From Octopus bimaculoides (taxonomy: Eukaryota): DNA of 64,000 bases. The position numbers and the translations under genes were made by a program. The notes beneath the pieces were generated by a model. It made no database searches. It worked only from the letters and a program-made list of their open reading frames with translations, and was not told where the DNA came from. The first letter of the stretch is position 1, and the number at the start of each line of letters is the position of its first letter. Below, one piece after another: positions 37,526 to 49,410 of the stretch. The stretch covers positions 92,384,191-92,448,190 of the forward strand of contig NC_068988.1 of NCBI RefSeq assembly GCF_001194135.2, written 5' to 3'.

Positions 37526-38720
37526 ACATCACTCATAAAGTAAATTTGGAGGAATTGTAGTTGTTCATTTGTGGGTAACAGGGAAGGAATGAGGTGATAG
37601 ACTTGCCCTTGAACTTTGAATGTCGGTGTAAATCCATGTTCAACTATCTCCTTAGATGCACCAAACAATGTCATTTGAAATGCAGAATTGTATTGTCTGA
37701 TATTGTTCAGAAAATCCTTTGACTGGATGGAAGTGCCTTCCTGAAGATCCATAAGAGGTTGAGGAGGAGCTGATAGTGCTGGCAATCTTACCTTACCACT
37801 TGAGTAGCACATGCCATTAGTTTCATTTGGAAATTTTAAAGCTTTGCAGAAATGACAATTTGAGTTTAGCACACCAATTTGAGCAAAATTAGCATTTTTA
37901 TAAGAATGGGATGGATCATATCTGAAAGCAGTTCCAGGAGTTGTGAAGAAAGAATTTGTAAGTAGTTTGTTTCTGAGAGCTGTTCTATTGAACCTCTGTC
38001 TAATCATGAAAATGTTTTAATGATTCAGCATTAAGTGCTGCAGCATGCATTTGCTGATTCTTGGGAAAGTCTCATCTCCGTTCTGTATTGAGACTTCATC
38101 TGATGTACTCTAGCATACCTTTGCCGATCTTGGGAAATGTTAATTTAAGCATAAATATGTAATTGTAAATACCTTGCAACCTTGCAGATGTTATTAACTG
38201 ATGCAGATGTTATTAAATGATAATTATTAACTGGTAATTGAAGGGTAAATGTGTATTTTTATATACCTTGGACTTGCCACCTAATTGTTTTTTGCCAAGA
38301 GTTTCACCTCCAGCCGTTCATTATATCAGTCAACACACATACACTGACACACCATTCCATTGTCATAGCTGCAAAGACAGAAAGTTGCTGATGTGTAATG
38401 TTGTTCACATTAGGATATCAATTATTCATTTATTTCAAATATAATAGAAATAAAATGATGTTAGTGTTAGCACATTGAAATTAAAAGTGAAAGAATAAAA
38501 GTGAAACAATATTATATGACATTACAATATAGATCTTATTCTTTCACTTTATAATACCAAACCAATGCCAATGATATATTGTTTTAATCCAAACGAAAAA
38601 AAAAATTACATGTTGACTCTGACAGGGTCTGTTACCATTACCTTGTAAAATTTGATTTGATTTAGCTGAGCCATTTGAGAATGCATAGGGAACAGACAGA
38701 CAGAATTTTATATATATAGG
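37525..38720 (-). mobile_element. Helitron, 5' portion with RepHel N-terminal pseudogene
   Basis: ORF 37501-38007 has Helitron-like N-terminal motifs (CHFCKALKFPNET..MC..GKVRLP; FLNNIRQYNSAFQMTLFGA; FKVQGQVYH; FLQIYF). The minus-strand start CTATATATATAAAATTCTGTCTGTCTGTTCCCTATGCATTC near 38720 is a typical Helitron 5' end. Confidence 0.85.
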
Positions 38721-39369
38721 TATGTGTGTGTATCCATTCCAAATTCCTCTCACAAGTAATTGGTCAACCTAGGACTATATTAGAAGGCACTTAGCCAAGT
38801 TGCTGTGCATTGGGACCCTAAACTAATGACTGAAGCAACATATTCTATATTCAGAATCTCAGTTTGTATATTTCACATTTTTGAAAAATGTCTTTGAGCT
38901 GGCAGAATCGTTAGCACAGCAGACAATATGCTTAGCAGCATTTCTTCTGACTTTATGTCCTAATTTTAAATTCTGCTGAGGTCAGCTTTGCCTTTCATTC
39001 TTTCAGGGTTGATAAAATGAAGTACCAGTTATGCACTGGGGCTCAATGTAATTGACAGCTCCCTTTTGCAAAATTACAGGCCTTGTGATATAGTGTGCCA
39101 TTTAGAAACTGTTGCACTAGGGGGATGTGTCTGTTATTTCTAGCAGGTTTAGGGACCACATAAAGAAGTTCCCTTGTCGGCTCGCACTGAATCTAGTTGT
39201 TGGCTCATGTTGATCACACTGTAACCTACTGTTGCTAAATCAGCAACATTTCACTGGATTCTCCTCCTCTGACCTGTTGTCACTGCTCATGGCACCATCA
39301 CCAGCTCACTGCCCACACCAACTTGTAGATCATTATTTTGCTACTGTGAAGATTAAGTTTTCATTCACT

Positions 39370-39960
39370 TCTTGTTGCTTTTCCTTTTTCCCCTCACTTC
39401 CCTCATGCTCTGCCCTCTTCCTTTCAAACTCTCCTTCTCTTTCCCATGCTCTCCTTCTCTTTCCCATGCTCTCCCCCTCTTCCACCCACACTTCTCCTCT
39501 ACCCCCATGCTCTCCCTCTCTTCCCCACAAGCTCTTCTTTTCCCATGCACTTCCTCTCTTCTCTCATGCTTTTCCCCTCTTCCCCCACACTCTCTCCCTC
39601 TTCCTTTATGCTCTCCTTCTCTTTCCCATGCTCTCCACCTCTTCCACCCACACTTCTCCTCTACCCCCATGCTCTCCCTCTCTTCCCCACAAGCTCTCTC
39701 TCCTCCCCACACTCTCCTTCCTTTCCCCCATGCTCTCCCTCTTTTCCTCCACACTCTCCCTTTCTTCCCCCACAGTCACCCTTTACCCCTCCTACATTCT
39801 CCCTCTCTTCCCCTACGTTCTCCCTCTCTTCTCCCATACTCACCCTCTCTTCTCCCCATGCTCACCTTCCCTTCCTGCCACACTCCCTCTTCTCCCCCAA
39901 TGCTCTCCCTCTTCTCCCCCATGCTCTCCCACTCTTATGCTCATGCTCTCTCTCTCTCTC
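39370..39960 (+). repeat. Polypyrimidine minisatellite (CCATGCTCTCCCTCTCTT units) with an internal higher-order duplication
   Basis: 39425-39545 is approximately repeated at 39608-39720. This tract explains the overlapping Pro/Ser/Leu ORFs. Confidence 0.9.
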
Positions 39961-42900
39961 TCTCTGTTTGTCTTTCTAAGTTGCTCTTTCACCATACTGC
40001 TTCATTCACAGAGAGCTCCACACTAGTGTTAGAAAGAGATTGGTTAGCTTCCAGTCATAAGATTCTTCGTAAAAGTCTTTTCTCTTCTCAAATCCATTGT
40101 GATTTGACCTTCAATGTCAAAATATTTTCTTTCTGAAGATTAGTTGTAGAATCTAAAAGTTACTCTGTCTTTTGCTACTGGCTGTCTCCTCTTAATTTGG
40201 TGGAAAATGAATATGTGCACGTGCGCGCACACACACACATGCGTGCACACACACTTACACACACACACACTCTACTGGTAACTTGTACATTAACAGTGTA
40301 CTAATAGAATATATGTTTAGCAGAAGGCAGAAGAGGGCCTTTGAGTGCAGCAATGCATCACTTGACTAATACCTATTGAATAACAAAGAAAGAAATGAGT
40401 ACATCACAGATGTATTTGATAGTAAAAATAGAGTTGGTGAAGAACCTTTGAATAGGTAGTCTGAGTGTACAGCTGTTCCATGTGACCCAAGGATAGCTGG
40501 ACTACCTCCTTAAACAGAAACTTGGTGGAGAAGAACTCATTATATTAGCAGAAACTTATGCAGAGGTATGTATCATAAGCTAGCAAATACCCATAACAAT
40601 GACAAAAATTAGTAGCTTCTCCTAGATCTGTGATAACTACAGCACGTCTTATCTAGAAGGATACACCTTCACTATGCATCTATAGCAGGAATATTTGGCA
40701 GAGTCCCAAGCACCTAGGAATCAAAACCCAGTTTACTATGTTCCAACAATTAGAAATTTGTTAGGGATTGATGACTTCAGCAAATCACTAACCATTCAAA
40801 TCTCTGGAGGAGACCACTGTATCAACATGAATGCAGTTCATTCAGTCATTGATAATGTCAGCAAAACACTGACTACTTGGACCTCTGGAAGAACTGAATG
40901 TCATCAACAGGTTGTTTTTTCACACCCTTTTCCCTTAACAGAAGCATTAACTATAAATAGAAGTATCTCTTTGCTAGCTACCAGTAGTAGGATGCACTTT
41001 GAGCCTGTCAGCTGCAAGTGTGGCTGTAAGCAATCAAACGCAATGAATGATGATGATGACACAGCTTAAACCACCGAGCTGCTAAAATCACACAATGATG
41101 GTTGCTGTCATTCTAGACCATAACAAACTGTTTAACTAACTCAGCATAAATATTTCTTTTCAGTCAGTGGTTGTAATGACAATACATTGCTTTGTTTAAC
41201 AATAAAATGAATGTTTTTGTATTTAAAATTTATTGTTCTTGCAACCATTCCTCAACTCAAACAAATCGTTATGCTGGTGACTTCCAAAAGCAAATGTTCT
41301 TATCATTTATGTTAAACATCTGGTCAATAGAAGAGATAAAGATAACTAATAATATCTACATTGTGATATAAAATGTCATTTGTACCATCCCAGTGTGGAA
41401 GCATTGTTCACATCATCAGCAACTTCCCCTGAAATGTTCACAAGCTACTATTTCATCTCAAGGCATGACATTCTTGTTAAAACTATTTATGTTATCCATG
41501 GGCAAGGTTAGCTTGATGGGCATACAAAAAGACTAACCGTAACCAGAATATATCCATAACTGTAAAAATAAGGCATACTGAGTGAGCATTCCTGTAAACA
41601 CAGCAATCTAGTGCAAACACAAGACTTGATATTATTCTATGAGATGGAATAAGTTATGCACTCTTGTGGAGGCCAACTGACAAGCAGGTGGGAACAGCTC
41701 TCATCTAAAGTTATGGAAAAAGAAAACATCTGTGTGAATTAATGTGCAGCCTACAGCTTTTGTATCCTGGCTTTGTTTTTTTCATTTGTATCTCTTATCA
41801 TAGGTGTACTATGTTATGTAACAATAGATTCACATAAAAGCCTGTAAATACGATCCTTGCTCACTTAGCATTGTTGATAGATCCTTGTGAATCATGATTT
41901 TGTCATAAGTTCAACGATATAAACAAGAAATACATTCCTAAAATAATTCCCATAGTATTTTCCTTGTTGCAAAACATCAACAAACTTGTAAACAAAGATT
42001 AAGAACCGTTCTAGTATTAAACACTGAAACCCCCCCACACACACACACATACATGCACACAGGTTTTAAATATATATTAGACGGATTAATGAAAATCAAT
42101 AAGATAATTATTTACTTAATAAAGCCAAGGTTTTTTTGTGAAGCTTTGTCTTTTCTTTTCATGAAATTCTTTGCAGTGACTGTATCCTCACATTATTAGC
42201 CTCTTGGAAAGATTGGTGAGCTAGAAGAATTGTTGGCACACCGGACAATAATGCATAGTGGCAATTCTTCCAGCTTTATGTTCTGAGTTCAAATTCTATC
42301 GATGTTGATTTCGCTTTTCATCCTTTCAGGATCGATAAAATAACCACCAGTCAAGTTCTGAGGTTGATAAAATTGACTAACCCCTTAATTTCAGTGTTTT
42401 TGTCTATAGTAAGAAAGGGTTATTAGCTTCTTTGAGGATAATTTTCTGTGGAAGTGGTCATAGTTTTATTTAAAACTGGAAAACCTGTGACAGATTTTTA
42501 GCTGATAAAATTCATAGTACTTTTGCATTTGACACTTTTATAATCTTTTTCTTCCACATGATGCTATTCTGTCTCCATGAAGTCCTTGCTAGATATTTCT
42601 TCACCATATGTTTCAAGTAACTCTAGTATTTTATATTTCAAGTGTTGTCATACCATAAAAGACTTACATCCGTGTGAAATTGTAAAATGTAGAAAAGATT
42701 GTATCTTAGATGACATTCATGAAATAAAATTAAAAAAATGAATGACTAGTTACTTTATCTATCATTATTTATTCCCTTATATTTTATTGAATTTAAAACA
42801 CAAGGTCAAAAAAAAAAAAAAGAGAAAGATAATAACTGCCAAAAATTAAAAATTTCACTTAGATAGGCATACACTTTATGAAGTTATATTTTGGTTTTAT

Positions 42901-43819
42901 ATTATTCCATGTTAATGTTATAATGAAACAATATCAAATGAAACTATTTTAAATGAAAATTGCCTGTAATGGTATTTTCCAAGGAAGAACAAAGTAAACT
43001 GGCTCACATCTTGTAAATCCAGTTGATTAGTGGTGCAGTGAACAAGTGTAAAACATTCCAAAGATTTCCACATTTGTTTTTCTTGGAATAAACACATGCA
43101 CACTCACATATACACATGTATACACAGAGTAGTCATACACTCATGTGTACTAAAGAGATGTGTGCACCTATTACATAAATTCATGTTTATCCACATGTAT
43201 GCCTCCATCTTATGCATATGTTAACCTTTTTGTTATCATATTTCTGTTGAAATACACTGCTTTGTTTCAATTAAGAATGAAAAATTCAGCAAAATAACTC
43301 TGAAAGTTTTATTTTGAAGTAAAATAACTTTGGCCGATTAAGAATGAAGAATTTGGTAAAATAACTTTGTCACTTGCTAAGCTGGTATTTGGAAGACAAA
43401 TTAGCATGAAATTTTGATGGAGGTTTGTCTCATTAAACCAGAGGTGATCTCAGACTGTTTGGTATCCAAAGGGTCAACTTCCTCATATATTCACAAATTC
43501 CTGAAACTGTCTTGACTTGAATAAATAATAGAAAGCCTTGTTACACTTTTAGTGATCAGTTTGAATTCTGTTGTAGAACTTAAATAACAAATCTTGAAGA
43601 GAAGCCTACATTTTTTCATATTTTCCGTGTTAGGTCCAGAGAAAGGAACAATACTCATCTTCTTCATAATCTCTTTGAAAGCAGACATTGTTAATGTTCT
43701 GCTTAAACTGTTACAAGTTGATGACTGCAGAAAAAGACATGAACAAGGAGTGATATTCAGAGGGGTGACGTTTTAATGTAGAAGGACTGGGGATAGTGGA
43801 AAGTGCAGAGCCTGTTTGG

Positions 43820-44200
43820 GATGGGGGAATTGGACAAAATGAATGATGAGAGGTGAAGCCAGGTGTGCCTGAGTAGAGATAACACTAGACCAGTTAACTC
43901 TAAAGAGAAAAGACCACTATGTTGCAATATATCTGTGGGTCAGATGCTGGAGTGAGTTTGTGAGTGGCTTTATTTCTGTAACATTCAGAGAACGGCTACC
44001 GAACTGCATAACCTTTCTCTGAATGTGGTCTAGGATGTCTATTGTGAAGCAACAACACCATCCCTAATGTGAGAGCAGTACTCCATTGTGGAACCTGTCC
44101 AAGTTTTATAGAGTTGAGGGGTTGAAGTATTTTTGTTTATTTTGTGGTTTTGGGAATGTAGATTATTGATACCTTGGAATCGATGATGTCAACTGCTGTG
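43820..44200 (-). mobile_element. CR1/Jockey-group LINE 3' fragment
   Basis: Minus strand MEYCSHIRDG....DILDHIQRK, homologous to 60940-61020. Confidence 0.6.
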
Positions 44201-44934
44201 GCTTTCAAGCCTATATAAACAGAATATATATTTTACCTGTTTACAAGGAATGGTAGATCATCTAAGTATCATCATCTTTGTCATTTAACGTCTGTCTTCC
44301 ATGAGTATATATACGCTATATATATATGTATGTAAATGTGTGTGTGTGTGTGTGTGAAGGCTACTTCACTATATTTTTTACCCACAACCAACATCGTTAT
44401 CTCTTTATTTCTTAATATTTTGATAAATTAGCTGTTTCAAAGAGTTGTACATGTAACAGTATTTATAGCTTTAGGAATGCGTTTGTACAACTAAATCTTT
44501 AGCCAACATCTTAAAGTGTAGTTAAAAATACACAAACATACACATGTTTACAAAATTGGTCCAGTTCCATTCTACATCATTTTGGGCAGGTGTTTTCTAC
44601 TGTAGCCTTGAATTGGTGAATGCCTTATGAATGGAGTTTGCTGACTGGAAACTGTGTTGAAGCCTTTCATGATGTGTGTGTGTAGATTGTGTGTGAGAAT
44701 GTATTTGTTACTAGTGAAAAATACCAATGTACTAATTTGCATCCCTTTTTGTCAAAAATGTCTCTTAATGATTCAGTAAAAGAGAGAGATAAGTAAAATA
44801 AGAATCAAGCCGGAATAAGTACTGAGGCCAGTATGAACGACTAAAATCCTTGAAGATGGTGTCCCAGTACAGTTGCATCCAGTGAGTGAAACTAATAAAA
44901 GAGTATAAGAATAATAACTTTCATTCTATTTCAG

Positions 44935-45032
44935 ATGGCAGTCTGCTGGGTTTGGACGAAGTTTGGTCTTTAATTCCCTGCCACTATAGAGATAGATTCT
45001 TAGCTGAACGGTGGACTTTTATAACACAACAG
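44935..45032 (+). CDS. ATG10: ATG10 internal coding exon (98 nt; phase 1 start, phase 0 end): (D)GSLLGLDEVWSLIPCHYRDRFLAERWTFITQQ
   Basis: Acceptor ttcattctatttcAG at 44933-34 and donor GTaatg at 45033. Open frame joins in phase to the next exon. The peptide resembles the ATG10 segment DGxxLxLxxxW...W..ITQQ (recalled from family knowledge, not searched). Confidence 0.93.
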
Positions 45033-45550
45033 GTAATGTTACCCAACAAGTCTAAAATTGTATAAAAGATCTTTCGAATGCTTATTGACCCCATCTCTGC
45101 TAGTTGCTGTTGCTATTCTGTTAATACTTTGACTTGCCTCTACATCATCATTTAACATCAGTTTTCCATACTAGCATGAGTCAGACTTCACTAACATCTC
45201 TAACTCTATTACCTACCTGCTCCAGTATTTATATTTTAAATCCTTCTCCTTGGTTTCACTTGTCATCCCTTCCATCAAGGTTACATGTCATTTTAACTTT
45301 ACTTCATCCTTCATTTTGCAAACATCATCAGTAGTGCATATATCTGGAGCCATGATATATTCCAGTTAATCATTTCATTCATAATACAGCTCACTGGTAG
45401 TTGCACTGGGAATGCACCCGTCATCATTCAGTGTGTAACTCATGTCTAGTTAGTTATTGTTAGCATGTTCATATATACACACATACATTGGCTTCATTCA
45501 ATTACAATCTTCAATGGAAACATTAATATTGGTTTATTTCTATTTTCTAG

Positions 45551-45639
45551 GAACACCCTATTGTCCATCGACCATATTTCTACCTTCATCCTTGTCACAC
45601 GGCTGATTTGATGAAGAATATTGAACTCAAAGACAAAAG
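45551..45639 (+). CDS. ATG10: ATG10 catalytic exon (89 nt; phase 0 start, phase 2 end): [29 protein letters not shown](R)
   Basis: Acceptor tttctattttctAG and donor GTgagt at 45640. The EHP...PxFxLHPC motif carries the E2-like active-site Cys typical of ATG10. Confidence 0.95.
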
Positions 45640-47025
45640 GTGAGTATATTATAACATCTAAAGACATGGATAGTAAAAAGCAGCAGCAGTAGCAGCAGTA
45701 GCAGCAGCCCCTACTGCTGCTGCTGCTTGCATGGATCAAATGAGTGCATTGGAGAATAGTTTTTTACAGCCAGATGCCCTTCCTGCCTCTTGCCACCCAC
45801 CCCACCTGTTTCTGCCTATCAAACAACAAAAAGTGTGCCCATAGTTACATGAAGAATAAAAAAACCTTTGTTTACAAAAGTTGTGCAACTTATCAAGAAG
45901 TCCAGACATGCTTTTGCTGTGGGCTGCTTGCATACGGTACCATCTTCATGAACATTGAACACATGAAGATGAGGAGAAATATGAACTCACTCACGCTCTC
46001 TCTCTCTTTCTCTCACGCACACACACATTTAAATATACACAATGAGCTTCACTCAGTTTCCATCTTCTAAATCAATTCTCAGGGCTCTGTTAGACCTAGG
46101 ACTATAGTAAAAGACACTTTGCTAAGGTGTCATGCAGTGGGACTGAACTTCACATATGAATATTTCCTGAATATAAAACAGTTGACTTTTACATCTGATA
46201 TTTCACGTACGAAAACATAGCTGAAAATACAATAGATTTCTAATTTAAGAAAGTCTCCATTCTGCTGATGGAAATGCTCTCAACTGGAACCCATTGTTAC
46301 AAAATGAATAAACAGATTGAACTGGACAGCTACATCTGTCTCTGAGACAAAATGCTAAAAATCATCTTATAATCAACATGAAGCATTAATGATATCAAAG
46401 AAGATAATAAAATAACTATTTCTTACACAAGGTTAGGCCTGTAATTTGGGGAGGAGTTAGCTTGTTGAATTCTTGTATCAGCCTTGGAAAGATGTAAAGC
46501 ATAACTAACTGTCTTTGATGTGTTTTAAACTGACAGGGTGTAGGGCTCTAACTAATTAATACAGGAATTTTTGTCCAATGCCTTAATGATTCTGCCAGTT
46601 CATCAATCTTAAGAGAATAAAATATTTATGATAAATGTTGTCCTCATCACTCAATATTTAAGGGGTCACTTGAAAGACGGGGGCTCAGTTCTAAATGTAT
46701 GACAGTGGAAAAGAGAGATAAAACTTCCATCTGGATAGAATTACAATTTTTTGCAGGTATTTCTCCAATGATCAGCTTCATATTTCTAATAGTTGCATTA
46801 ATTGAAATATTATTGTAGAATTTCTATTCTACAATAATATTTCCTCTAGTAATGGATTTGAACTCATGTCTCTTAAGAAGCTAAAGAAGAATTCATAGAA
46901 TGTTAATAATGCTGAGTAGTGAAAAGTCCAAATTTCTGAGTTATTGTCCATTTAAAGGTGTTGTAGCCAATTGGCCAGCAATTCCTTTGCCTTTCTCTGA
47001 CCTCTGTTGATAGTAGGACCATTAA

Positions 47026-47218
47026 TCCTTTAGTATTTAACCAGCCAGGTCAGGCCCCAATATTCTACCTGTTTTATGTCCAAACCAACCAGTTCTGGCC
47101 TCTCACACTTGCCTTAGAATGTCATTCTAGAAATAAACAATCACATCATTGAAATTTCAAAGCTACAAGATAATGCATGATTAATTCAAAACAATGTGAA
47201 TAAATAAGCATTAAAGGG
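47026..47218 (+). mobile_element. piggyBac-like non-autonomous MITE (TTAA target site)
   Basis: TTAA at 47022-25 and 47219-22, ends (T)CCTTTA...TAAAGGG. Related copies at ~5550-5710(-) and 50924-51073 plus 51600-51665(+). Confidence 0.7.
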
Positions 47219-47872
47219 TTAAATATTAGACTGTTTCACTCTTCATGGCCAGCAAATATATTGATATTCTACTCTATGAATTCTATTTTGGATTAATTGT
47301 TGCTGCTGATAAATCCATAAGTTTCCCTACAATTTCAGACTGAAACTCTCTCCTCAAGCAGGTAGTTCATTACTTTATACACGCTACTGTTCTATTATTT
47401 TCTATTAGATAAACAGACACAAGATGAAAAGAAAGTAATTCCAGGAAACTTTGCAGTTTTACCTCCTTCCTACTTCCCCTTTTAAGATACATTTATGGAT
47501 CAATGAAAGGAAAAAAAATCTATTTAATGATCATAAAACTCAGACACATTTCATTCATCATCATCATCAACAATTCAGTCCTATTGACCAGGTGTAGTTT
47601 AATACTTTCAACATATTACTTACTTGTCATGGAAATCTTATTAATAGGAAAATTGATACCTTGTTCTTTGCTAAAAACAATATCTGCAACAGGTGGTGAA
47701 TCACAGTATGGTATTGCCTATACTCTGCATATCTAACCATCCACTATATATCTCTACCATTCTCTTCGTATAAGTATGTATTTGATCATTTTTGTGCATC
47801 TAGATGCATATGTGTCTCTCAGTGTATCTTGGGATCTGCTGTTCTCTAGGTGTATTTAAGTATGTATGATAT

Positions 47873-48150
47873 TGTCATTAGTAAATGATTATCAGCTGAT
47901 AATTAAGCTATACAACTATCATTAAGTTATGATTACACTTTACAACTGTCATTAGCTGAATGATTGTACTATACTATTTTCATTGAGTAATAACTAAATT
48001 GTACAACTGTCGTTAAGTAATGACTGCACTGCACATCTTTCATTAAGTAATGATTACACTTTACAACTATCATTAGTTGATGATTATATTATATTACTGC
48101 TATTAGGTGGTAACTATACTGTACTGCTTTCAATAGGCGATAATGAAACA
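47873..48150 (+). repeat. ~29-bp AT-rich minisatellite in the last ATG10 intron
   Basis: About nine degenerate units of TACAACTATCATTAAGTAATGATTACACTT. Confidence 0.75.
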
Positions 48151-48620
48151 TTAAGAACATTGCTAATATAAGTTTGTCATGGCAGAAAAATTCTCACTGG
48201 AGACAAGAGCTCAGAGTGCTGTCAGTGGGACTGATGGATGCATGCGTTTTGAGCTCTTAGTTCTCATCAGTACCAGATACCGAAAGAGAAGTAACTCGGA
48301 GTCACTGGGAAGCAGAGCTTCTCTTATAAAGAAATTATTCAAAACTATCAACTGATGGAATGCATCAGCTGCCAGATTGGAATAAATTTGTGAGTAGATG
48401 TATGAGACAGCGACTGTGGGAAAGCAAATTCAATAGATGTTCAGATGTTTGACGGATGTTCGTGTTTTATATCTTTGTCTCTCAAGTGACAATTTTTTTT
48501 CTCCTTGGCAAACTGCAGTGAAAAGCCTTTCACCAATTCAAATATCTCTCAAACATATTTGAACTGGTTTCAAGGTTGTTTACTATCAGTCACTGCTTCA
48601 TGCATCTACTTACAAGTAGG

Positions 48621-48627
48621 TACTAAC
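48621..48627 (+). promoter_or_regulatory. Splice branch point of the last ATG10 intron
   Basis: Perfect TACTAAC, with the branch A 26 nt upstream of the acceptor G and no AG in between. Confidence 0.75.
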
Positions 48628-48652
48628 GTTTATTTAATCATTGTTTTTGCAG

Positions 48653-48746
48653 GAATTACATCTTGTCATGGTTGAGTGCTGTTGGTCCAGTTGTTCGACT
48701 TGAGCTTCCACTTTCTTATGGTTTATCTTTCGAGCCTTCTGACTGA
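48653..48746 (+). CDS. ATG10: ATG10 last coding exon: (R)NYILSWLSAVGPVVRLELPLSYGLSFEPSD*
   Basis: Acceptor ttgtttttgcAG at 48651-52. The first base completes the AG|G (Arg) codon from the previous exon. NYIxSWLSxVGPVVxLxLPLSY is the ATG10 C-terminal signature. TGA at 48744-46. Confidence 0.95.
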
Positions 48747-48967
48747 AAAGTTTTAAAAGTACCTTAATACATTCCTAAAGAGAAGCATTGAAACAATTAA
48801 TTTTCCTTATTTTATTTAATCATTTCATTTATGAAATTTATTCTTGATCTCTGCGATTGTTTGATTTTATTTAAAACTTCTGAAATAAGTTTGTCTGATC
48901 AATTCCACTGTTATACACTTACCCAACACTTACCAGCTTGTTGCTTCGGTGCTAACCGTGGCGTACT

Positions 48968-49166
48968 GGTTTCAAATTTTGGCACAAGGCTAGTAATTTT
49001 GTGGGAGAGGGTAAGCTGATTAATTCCAGTGATCAACTGGCTCGCTTATTTTATCAACCCCAAAAGGATAAAAAGCAAAGTCATTGTCGCTGCAACTGGA
49101 ACCCAGAGGGTAAAAGATGCTAAGCATTTTTCCCACTGTGCTAATGATTCTGCTAGCTTGTCACTT
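48968..49166 (-). mobile_element. SINE family C, left arm of an inverted pair downstream of the ATG10 stop
   Basis: Reverse-complement homology to 49196-49410. Confidence 0.85.
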
Positions 49167-49195
49167 TTAACAGTTGCAATATTTAAGGAATATAT

Positions 49196-49410
49196 AAGGT
49201 GGCAAACTGGCTGAATCATTAGCACACCAGGAAAAATACTTAGCAGCATTCCGTCTGTTTTTATGTTCTGAGTTCAAATCCCATCAAGGTCGACTTTGCC
49301 TTTCATCCTTCATGGTCGATAAATTAAGTACCAGTTGAACTCTGAAGTCAATGTAATCAACTTACCCACTCCCCTGAAATTTCTGACCTTGTGCCAAAAT
49401 TTGAAATCAA
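49196..49410 (+). mobile_element. SINE family C, right arm of the inverted pair
   Basis: Head AAGGTGGCAAACTGGCTGAATCATTAGCAC; tail GACCTTGTGCCAAAATTTGAAATC. Confidence 0.85.

Noticed and set aside
39232-40136. Overlapping 177-264 aa Pro/Ser/Leu-rich ORFs
   Set aside because: A C/T-only tandem repeat cannot contain stop codons, so all three frames are open.
44892-44896. CTAAT in a SINE A tail as an exapted branch point for the 44935 exon
   Set aside because: Three AG dinucleotides lie between it and the acceptor. TAAC at 44915-18 is a more parsimonious candidate.
45551-45639. ATG3 as an alternative identity for the HPC exon
   Set aside because: The flanking ITQQEHP and NYIxSWLSxVGPVV motifs are ATG10-type. 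ATG3 has HPCRHAxVMK in a different context.
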